From contig OZ024751.1 of NCBI GenBank assembly GCA_964016885.1, forward strand, positions 20,398,001 to 20,462,000: a stretch of DNA of 64,000 nt, in the 5' to 3' direction. A model generated the notes under the pieces. That model worked only from the letters and a program-made list of their open reading frames with translations, ran no database searches and was not told where the DNA came from. The DNA comes from Eledone cirrhosa (taxonomy: Eukaryota). The number at the start of each line of letters is the position of its first letter. The stretch's first letter is position 1. Below, piece after piece: positions 54,369 to 64,000 of the stretch. The translations under genes and the position numbers were made by a program.

Positions 54369-55915
54369 AGAGGGAAAGGTCACTTTCAACTGGTGTAAAG
54401 GAGAGAGGGGGGGGGGAGATAATTTTCAACTGGAGCGAAAGATACATGGAAAAAGAGAATGAGAGAGAGTGAAAGGCAGATAGATAGATAGATAGATAGA
54501 GACAGAAAGAGAGAGGGGGGGGATAGAGAGAGGAGCGAGTCATGGCTCTCAGGAGTTTCTTTCCCAACAACGAAAAGGATTCAAAGTTTCCGGTAAGCGA
54601 AATCAGCGACAGTGACCTGGTTTCGATTCACGGATGAAAGGAATCAATCACCACGTTATTTCACATAACTTTTGCGTCACCTAATTTGCTGCTCTTTTTT
54701 TTGTGGAGGAAGAAAAGACAAGAATATTCAGTCATCATATAAATATCATTTTACATCATTCTTCCTCCTTCCTTCTCAAAAAAACTGAACGAAACCTTGA
54801 AACTAACTTGATAACCACAGCTCTCTCTCTTTCTCTCTCTCTCTTTCTTTCTCTTTGTCACTGTCTATCTCTCTCACTCTCTCTCTCTCTCTGACACTCT
54901 AAATCTCTCTCTCCCTTTCTCCGTCAGCCCCCCTCTCTCTCTCTCTCTTTCTCCGCCAGTCTCTCTCTCTCTGTCACTCTAAATCTCTCTCTCTCTCTCT
55001 CTCTATCATTTTGTCCGCCCTCAACTAAGCTAAAAGATGTCTTAGTTTTCATACCTAAGTGAGAAGGTAAAGTGTTTTATTTCTTGCATCGTAGGATAAC
55101 AAAGAAAAGAAAACAAAAAAATATGGTAATTAAATTTCTCAGAAGCAATAAAATAAATTACAATTTTTTATTATTTTTTTACTTAATTTTTTTTTAAATC
55201 GCAACAATAAAATGAATATGGGAAGATACGGTGAGAAGTGGGGGCGGTGGGTATGCTGGTAAAAAGCAGGATGGGGTGACGATGGTGGTGGAAGAAGGCA
55301 CAGAAGAAAAAAAGACGACGAAAAAGACGAAAAAGAAGAAGAAGAAGAAGAAAGGGAAAGTAAGGGAAAGAAAAAGAAAATAATAGGAATCGGATGACAG
55401 GAAAAAGTTTTCAAATGAGATGAAAGCCGGAAGAAAAATGAAGAGAAATTTTCTGATGACAATTAGTATAAGGGAAAGAGAGATTGAAAAGGAAAGAAAA
55501 GATGGAAGATGATAAGAGGGGGTGAGAGGGATGGAGGGGCATGTTGATTACAATACGTGTTGTAAGAGTGTAGGGGGAGGCTACAGAGAGAAAGAGTGAT
55601 AGAGGGGGTGACAGATTGGAGGGGTGTGAGTAGCTGTGGAAAGAATTGGATAAAACCTGGTGATATGGGGTGACAAGTGGAATTGGTTGAAGAGCGTGAA
55701 AAGTAAAAAAAAAAGAATGGTGTAAAGTATGTGGAGAGGGAGAATGACAGAGAGAGAGGTGGGGGAGTGTGTCAGAGAGTGTGTGTGTGTATGTGTGTGT
55801 GTGCAGAGAGAGAGACAGATTTAGAGTGACAGAGAGAGAAAGAAAGAGAGACAATGACAGGATCAGAGAGAAACAGAAAAAGAAAGTGTGACAGAAAGAG
55901 AGAGAGGTAGATAGT

Positions 55916-55963
<48 letters not shown>

Positions 55964-56132
55964 AAAGAGAAACAGAGAAAGTGGAAGAGAGAGTCAGAGA
56001 GAAGGGAGAAGAGAGAGAGATAAAGTTATAGCGAGAGAGAGAGGGAGAGAGAGAGAGAGGGAGAGAGAGAGAGAGAGAAGCAGAGAGAGAAGGTGACAGA
56101 GAAAGAAAGTGGCAGAGAGAGTCAGATAGAAG

Positions 56133-56176
<44 letters not shown>

Positions 56177-56394
56177 GAGAGACAGAGAGTCAGAGATAGA
56201 TAGATAAAGTGATAGAGAGAGAGAGAGTGACAAAGAGAAGCAGAGAGAGAAAGTGACACAGAAAGAAAGTGGCAGAGAGAGTCAGAGAGAAGGGAGAAGA
56301 GAGAGAGGTAATTTAGAAACGTGGTGTGTATGGGTGAGCAAAAAAAAAGTTGGTGTATAAGAAAAAAAGATATACTGTACAAAAGAAAGTGGGA

Positions 56395-57655
56395 GTGAGA
56401 CGTGATATAAGTGAGAGAGATGGTAGAAAAGAGAGCTGGCAAGTGGGAGAGAGACGTGATATAAGTGAGAGAGATGGTAGAAAGAGAGCTGGAAATAGTG
56501 AGAGAGATGGTAGAAAAGAGAGCTGGAAAGAGTGAGAGAGACGTGATATAAGTGAGAGAGATGGTAGAAAAGAGAGCTGGAAAGAGTGAGAGAGACGTGA
56601 TATAAGTGAGAGAGATGGTAGAAAAGAGAGCTGGAAAGAGTGAGAGAGACGTGATATAAGTGAGAGAGATGGTAGAAAAGAGAGCTGGAAAGCGTGAGAG
56701 AGACGTGATATAAGTGAGAGAGACGTGATATAAGTGAGAGATGGTAGAAAAGAGAGCTGGAAAGAGTGAGAGAGACGTGATATAAGTGAGAGAGATGGTA
56801 GAAAAGAGAGCTGGAAAGAGTGAGAGAGACGTGATATAAGTGAGAGAGATGGTAGAAAAGAGAGCTGGAAAGAGTGAGAGAGACGTGATATAAGTGAGAG
56901 AGAAGGTAGAAAAGAGAGCTGGAAAGAGTGAGAGAGACGTGATATAAGTGAGAGAGAAGGTAGAAAAGAGAGCTGGAAAGAGTGAGAGAGACGTGATATA
57001 AGTGAGAGAGATGGTAGAAAAGAGAGCTGGAAAGAGTGAGAGAGACGTGATATAAGTGAGAGAGAAGGTAGAAAAGAGAGCTGGAAAGAGTGAGAGAGAC
57101 GTGATATAAGTGAGAGAGATGGTAGAAAAGAGAGCTGGAAAGAGTGAGAGAGACGTGATATAAGTGAGAGAGATGGTAGAAAAGAGAGCTGGAAAGCGTG
57201 AGAGAGACGTGATATAAGTGAGAGAGACGTGATATAAGTGAGAGATGGTAGAAAAGAGAGCTGGAAAGAGTGAGAGAGACGTGATATAAGTGAGAGAGAT
57301 GGTAGAAAAGAGAGCTGGAAAGAGTGAGAGAGACGTGATATAAGTGAGAGAGATGGTAGAAAAGAGAGCTGGAAAGAGTGAGAGAGACGTGATATAAGTG
57401 AGAGAGAAGGTAGAAAAGAGAGCTGGAAAGAGTGAGAGAGACGTGATATAAGTGAGAGAGAAGGTAGAAAAGAGAGCTGGAAAGAGTGAGAGAGACGTGA
57501 TATAAGTGAGAGAGATGGTAGAAAAGAGAGCTGGAAAGAGTGAGAGAGACGTGATATAAGTGAGAGAGAAGGTAGAAAAGAGAGCTGGAAAGAGTGAGAG
57601 AGACGTGATATAAGTGAGAGAGATGGTAGAAAAGAGAGCTGGAAAGCGTGAGAGT
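56395..57655. repeat. 54-bp minisatellite, ~23 copies
   Basis: Unit GAGACGTGATATAAGTGAGAGAGATGGTAGAAAAGAGAGCTGGAAAGAGTGAGA. Source of the spurious 516-aa and 583-aa ORFs. Confidence 0.95.
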
Positions 57656-57969
57656 GAGAGAGAACGTGACAAAGAAAATTGTTATAAAATAAGGTGGTAA
57701 GTTTTAAAGACAGGAAAACGAAAGAGGTGCTTATTGAACGTATGTGAGAAAGACTTGAGAGACTGACAGATAAACAAACAGGTAGATAGAGACAAATAGG
57801 GAGGAAGAGAGAGATTGATAGGGACAGCAATAGACACAGACTGATAATTAGACACACAGGTAGACAGACGACAGACAGATAGATAGATAGATAGAAAGGT
57901 AGACATAGAGATAGACTGATAATTAGCCACACAGGTAGACAAACAACAGGTAGACAAACAACAGGTAGA

Positions 57970-58068
57970 CAGGGTGTCCCCAAAAATGTATACATACTTT
58001 GATTACCTGTACAGGCAATATTTATTAGAATTCTGTTGAAGTGTGTATACATTTTTGTTGACACACTG
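57970..58068. mobile_element. Tc1/mariner-type mini-MITE
   Basis: CAGGGTGTCCCCAAAAATGTATACA ... TGTATACATTTTTGTTGACACACTG. Confidence 0.7.
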
Positions 58069-58091
58069 TGTGTATATATATATATATATAT

Positions 58092-58290
58092 AATTAAAAA
58101 TATAAGCTAACGCCGTACTTTGACTAAAGAAATTAAAGAAATTATTTAACTTGATAGTGGGGTTAAGAACCCTCGGAGAAATGGAATAAGATGAGTATTG
58201 ATGTTACATGTACGTCAATACTCCACTATCAGGTTAAATAATTTCTTTAGTTTCTTTAGTCAAAATACGGCGATAGCTTATATTTTTAAT
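58092..58290. repeat. ~70-bp imperfect inverted repeat with internal hairpin
   Basis: Arms 58092-58162 / 58220-58290. Internal GAGTATTGATGT...ACGTCAATACTC. Confidence 0.85.
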
Positions 58291-58554
58291 TTCAAACCCG
58301 CTCGCTGTTTCGAAAATATTCTTACTTGATACATAAATATAAATTCAGCGAGAATCGCATTTCTGGGGTAGAAAAAGCGAAACGTAACGCAAATTCAGAG
58401 TTATGCTGGCAAGCGTTCCAATGGCTAAAAAAGCAGAGCTATAAACATAGGTTATAAACGCCATACAAACTGAGAAGGCGGTCAAGAAGCCATTAACCAC
58501 CTAAGCCAAAAAACAAGTCAAGCTAAACAGGTCAGACAAAATAAATAACATAAT

Positions 58555-58634
<80 letters not shown>

Positions 58635-58769
58635 TACACACAAATCAAGTGATATAATTGTGAATTCAAAGATGGCGAAAGAAATAGAATGGTTTGACAA
58701 AGTTTGAGAGGAAAACAACAACAACAACCGTCAAATTAAAACAATTTACAATTCTGACACAATATATAT

Positions 58770-58890
58770 CAGACATGGGTAACCCGTTTTCAAGCGGCTC
58801 ACACTACTAAAAAAAATTCAAGGCAATTTTGAAACTAGACGTGCCATTAAGAAATCCAAACGGACTGCAGTTTGCTCATGATGTGTGTAG
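58770..58890. mobile_element. Degenerate hAT-like MITE
   Basis: CAGACATGGGTAAC...GCAGTTTGCTCATGA. Shares CACTACTAAAA with the 52.6-kb remnant. Confidence 0.45.
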
Positions 58891-59127
58891 ATAAATATAA
58901 CACAACACATCACAAGGAATTGAACTCACGACTTAATGATCGTTAGTTAAACAGGCTTAACACTTAGTGACACACCTTCACTTTGACACAGATATTGGTG
59001 GTAAGAGGTCCGTATTAAACTTCATTGATGGGCGGGGGCCCCCTTAGTTTTCAGGTATTTTCTCCCCACCACCACCACCAAACGTCACTGGCTCTTTAAT
59101 CTTTCAACCCCACCAAAAAATAAAATT

Positions 59128-60030
59128 AACGGTTTCTAATTTAGGCACAAAGTCAACAAATTTGTGGGAAGGGGGAAAATCGATTATATCGATCTCAAAG
59201 TATCAGTCATGTACTGAGATCGATATAATCGATTTACTGACCCCGGAAGGATAAGGATGAATGAAAAGCAGGATTTGAACTCAGAACGTAAAGAATTACC
59301 GCAAAGACATTTTGTCCGGCGAGTCGGCGAGTCTACCAAATTCTACCAAATAATTGTTTCTACGTTAGGCACAAGGCCAGCAATTACCCAGTGCATTACT
59401 GGTACTTTATTTTATCGACCCCGTAAGGATGAAAGGCAAAGTTAACCTCGGCGGGATTTGAACTCAGAATGGCAAGGGCCGTAGCTCTATACGTCAAAGC
59501 ATGGCGTCCGACCCTCTACCAATACTGCCCAAATAATGATTTCTGGTTAGGCAATAAGGCCAACAACTTTGGGGGAGAGGAAAGTAACGATGAAAGTAAC
59601 GATGAAAAGCAAAGCCAGGCTCGGCGAGATTTGACTCAGATGGTTAAGAGCTGTAACTATATACCGCAAATCATGGTGACCGACGCTCTACTAACGCTGC
59701 TTAATAATAATGGTTTCTTATTTAGGCATAAAACTAACAATCTTTGAGGATGAGAAAGTTGATTAAATCGACTCAAATACATTACTGGAACTTTATTTTA
59801 TCGACCCTTTATAAGGATGAAAGGCAAAGCTAACGTCAGCAGGATTTGAACTCAGATCGTGATGCTGCCTAATTATAACGGTTTCTTATATAGGCACAAG
59901 GCCATCAATTTTGGGATAGGAGCGAAAGTCGATTAAATCGACCCCAGTACGTTAATGGAACTTTATTTTATCGACCCCTTAAGGATGAAAGGCAAAGCTA
60001 ACCTCGGCAGGATTTGAACTCAGATCGTAA
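59128..60030 (-). mobile_element. SINE family 1 cluster (~5 copies or fragments)
   Basis: Repeated reverse-complement core. Further isolated copies at 3258-3345, 24210-24395, 50655-50760, 61870-61958 and 63315-63497. Confidence 0.85.
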
Positions 60031-60438
60031 TGCTGCCTAATTATAATAAAATTTAATACAGGTTTCTTAGACTCTGCGCCGCTTCCACTGGGCATTAGTC
60101 AAATCAGCCTTAAGAACAAATAAAACCAAGACAACAAAGATTAAAGTCAAAGGGAGAAATAAATAACAAGATTTCGTTAGCAACAAAGTTAACCGGCAAC
60201 AGTAAATCAAATTGTCAAATTTATCAAACGGTTACTTCAGGCAAAATTTGAAAGAAATAAAAAAGTTTGCCGAATCTACAAACAGCTCCCGTTCTTCGGT
60301 AAGTTATGTACACAGACACACAAATATATATATGTATAGATAGATGGATATATATGTATATAAGTATGTATACGTACATACATATATGTATACAGACGTA
60401 CAGTAGTATGTGTATATATATATATATATACATACATG

Positions 60439-60491
<53 letters not shown>

Positions 60492-60612
60492 ACGTATGGA
60501 TTCACCGAACATTTATTATAATGCGCGGTGTGTTTGTAAACAAACATCCCGAATTAAGCCGTACAGTGTCTAGCAACCATCGTTGCTCATTTATTCAACA
60601 CTGACAAAGGAA

Positions 60613-60653
60613 CGTTGTACTAGTTTCAAGCTTATTACCTATCGTCAGCAACG
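60613..60653 (-). ncRNA. Type I minimal hammerhead ribozyme motif
   Basis: Minus: CGTTG-CTGACGA-T-AGGT AATA AGCT-T-GAA-ACTAGT-A-CAACG. One stem II mismatch, palindromic stem III, AATAAA downstream. Confidence 0.8.
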
Positions 60654-60871
60654 GATACCTTCCTGCCAGATGATTGAACGTCTGAAAGTATATACTTTCC
60701 TTATGCATATTAACGGTTGAGCAGCCTAATTTGCATATCGCGTGAGTTATCGGCCGGGCGCACCGAAAACGATAAACGGAAAAAATGAAACGAAATTTCA
60801 TTTCTCACTCTTAGTACGGCTGTTACTTAGACGTACAGTAGTATGTATATATATATATATATACATACATG

Positions 60872-60920
<49 letters not shown>

Positions 60921-61005
60921 CTAGTCTCTCTCTTTCAATGTGTGACACTTGATAGATTTGTTTTGTATATATAAAGACAAACATCGTAGGCAGGGAGAAA
61001 GATTA

Positions 61006-61066
<61 letters not shown>

Positions 61067-62671
61067 ACAAATAGTTAGAAAGTAGGATAAAAGAAACCCT
61101 GTGGGAACGGAAGAAAAGAAAGAGAGAGAAAGACAGAAAGATGTTGGGAAACAGAGTGACGATGAGAGATAAAGGGAAGTAAATATACAGCCAGGGAGAG
61201 AGAAGAAAAAGAGAATAGTGGGAATGTGAAGGAGGAGAGAGAGAGAGAGAGAAATATAACGAGAGTGAGTAAAAGAGGGACAGCAGAAGTATACATACAT
61301 ATATATATATATATGTATGTATACTTCTGCTATGTATACTATATGCAGAAGTTATATTTAATTTGTTGGGATTCAACAAGCTTAAGAATAATATATATAA
61401 CGAGAAAGTAAGGAAAGAAAGAGAGAGGCTAAGTGGGTAAAAGACAAAGAGAGAGAGAGAGTGAATGAGTGGAAATCTACCGGCAGAAACGGTAAGAATA
61501 TAGAGAGAAAAAAGTGAAGGAACTTAAATATAAATACGGTAAGGGAGATAAAGGGAGGGAGGTTAGATACGGTACAAAAACAGAGAGAGGGGGATAATGA
61601 GTGCGATAGAGAAATGAATGGAGATGGTAAAATAACAGAGAGGGAGGGGGGGAGATAGTGTAATAAATGAGAGAGAAGGGAATGGAGAGATGGTATAATA
61701 ACAGAAAGAGGGGTATTGATAAAGTAAGAGAGAAAGTGGTTGGAAAGAACCAGCTGTAAATATATAGTTGAGAGAGAATACCGGCTTTCAAGGTGGTTGT
61801 GTTGTTTTTAGGAAGTAGCTATAGCAATATATATATATATATATTTATTATTATTACTATATATATAAATTGCCTTTCATCCTTACGGGGTCGATAAAAT
61901 AAAGTACCAGTAATGTACTGAGTATTTGCTGGCCTTGTGCCTAAAGTAGAAACAATTATTACTATATATATAAACACACGTAAACATGCCATAGATGAAT
62001 ATATATTATACATACACACCCCTTCAATGTATATTTAATAATGTGTATGTATAATATATATTCATCTATAGTAATAATTGAGTGCGTGTAAATAGGAAGT
62101 TTTTTTTTTTTATAAAAGTTTCCATCTAGTCCTGTTGAGGTCACAGATCAAGCTTAATCGAATACCCTTCCAATTCGATCACTGGCTTTCCAGAAATGAC
62201 CATCTCATATATTTGATGAAATTTTCCTGTGTATATTCTCTATTTAATTTTTTAAAGATGGCGGTATGAGATTAAAGATATATTTGGCTGCTATTTCTAG
62301 CACGTAGATACGTTATCACCTTTATATCTATGCTTTATCAGTTTTATATATAGTCGACTACAAAACTTTCGTTGATTATTCACACACGTGTATATATATA
62401 TATATAAATATAAATATATATAGATAGATAGATACGTGTGTATGGGTGCATAAACGAGGGTGGGCTGAAATGTTCAGAGGCTGACTATAAAAGAGTGATG
62501 CTAAGGTTGTGAAATCTTGCATGTATTTATTTCAACTCTTCTTGTTAATAACTGCATTGTTTCTTTCCAGAGAGTATCTTAAGTCAACCTATAAACTTTT
62601 CAGTCGACTCCCCTACATATATATATATAATATATATTATACACACACACATACACCCATACACATGTATG

Positions 62672-62727
<56 letters not shown>

Positions 62728-64000
62728 GTATATATACACCATACACACGAAGAAACTTAAAGACTATATGGGATAGATAGAAGAGAATAGTTTTTACACC
62801 GTATCTTTATTCTTTCTTTCGTGTCTTTTGTCAATATCGGTTTGTTGGCTAACTTTAAATAAGGAACGAATTTTGATTACTTAGGTTCAACGAGAGCTAT
62901 ATATATATACTTCCTCCCATATATATATATATTAGAATGTGGTGTCATTCATGCCTTTCCTCTCAACATTAGTTATTTGTCCAACGAAGAAGAGAGTTGT
63001 AAGTTTGAAGCAGGGTGGGTCGCAGACAACCCGGTTCGGAAGTATATAAAACAAACTTTAAATAAATTATCAATGGTTTATGAATAAACGAATAATAATC
63101 TTACTTCAGTCGTTTGAGGGCCATAAATTTATAAAAGATGGGTGTGGAGAGATGGAAAGAGTGGAGGCGGTTCCGATATAAAATGAGACTGTGACATTCA
63201 TGCCTTTCTCTGAAAGACTTCTTAGATAGCAACAAATATGGGAGGAAGTGAAGTTAAATAAGATGGCTTTATCGACAATTCTGGAAAGGTAGGTAGTCGG
63301 TATAATAATAAATAATAATTGTTTCTACTTTTGGCACAAGGCCAGCATTTATGCCAGTGCATTACTGGTACTTTATTTTATCGACTCCAATAAGGATGAA
63401 AAACAAAGTTAACCTCCGCAGGATTGGAACTCAGAACGTAAAGGGTCATAACTCTGTGCCACTAAGCATGCTGTCCGACGCTTTACCGATACTGCCATAG
63501 TTTCTTTATTAGCCACACAGGGCCTACATTAAGAGTACCATAAAGACGACACAGGACTGTACAGTGTGGGTTTTTTGTGTGTAAAAAAAAAAGGTTTATA
63601 ACAAAGATTTAAAATAGAAAATGCCCTAAAAGTGGGGATAGTTCCTGAGGTCAGTCGTGGAGAAATCCCCCATATCAGTCCAGTAATGGAGACGAAGATA
63701 AAATAAAGTACCAGCACCGGACTGAGATCGATAAATTAAAGTACCAGTAAACTACTGGGATTGATTGATTTAAGTCATACCATCCTAGATGTTGTGATGT
63801 GATGCGAATGAAGAAATTATAGAAGAAGTGTGTTTATAAAAGGAAATTTAAACAAAAGGATGGAAAACGGCAGAAGATATATACAGTATATGAAATGGAT
63901 GAAAGGAAGAAAGGAGGAAAAAACCGGACGACATCAGATAGGAAGAAGTGTAAGATAAATTAAAATGAGTTTGTTTTTATTAGGGTAGATAGACAGAGAA

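Noticed and set aside
56122-58064. 516-aa and 583-aa minus-strand ORFs
   Set aside because: Translations of a 54-bp minisatellite.

Overview
AT-rich, microsatellite-saturated eukaryotic DNA with no host protein-coding gene I can support. Nearly all listed ORFs are translations of (TA)n, (CA)n, (GA)n, (CAC)n or minisatellite arrays. The repeat repertoire suggests an octopod cephalopod intron or intergenic region (inference from recalled SINE sequences). It includes two tRNA-headed SINE families, decayed RTE- and CRE-like LINE 3' ends, mariner-, pogo-, hAT- and piggyBac-type MITEs, and several minisatellites. The main result is nine hammerhead-ribozyme (HHR) motifs, about six with an intact core and stem I. 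They belong to several sequence families, sit in short islands between (TA)n tracts, and cluster at 17.2-18.0 kb and 32.8-34.0 kb. Some have very long stem II insertions or inverted fold-back copies, as expected for Penelope-like element (PLE) pseudo-LTRs or non-autonomous retrozyme-like derivatives. A separate palindromic family carries only the 3' half of a hammerhead, and one copy folds back exactly at the predicted cleavage site. All folds and alignments were done by eye and coordinates of degenerate repeats are approximate.
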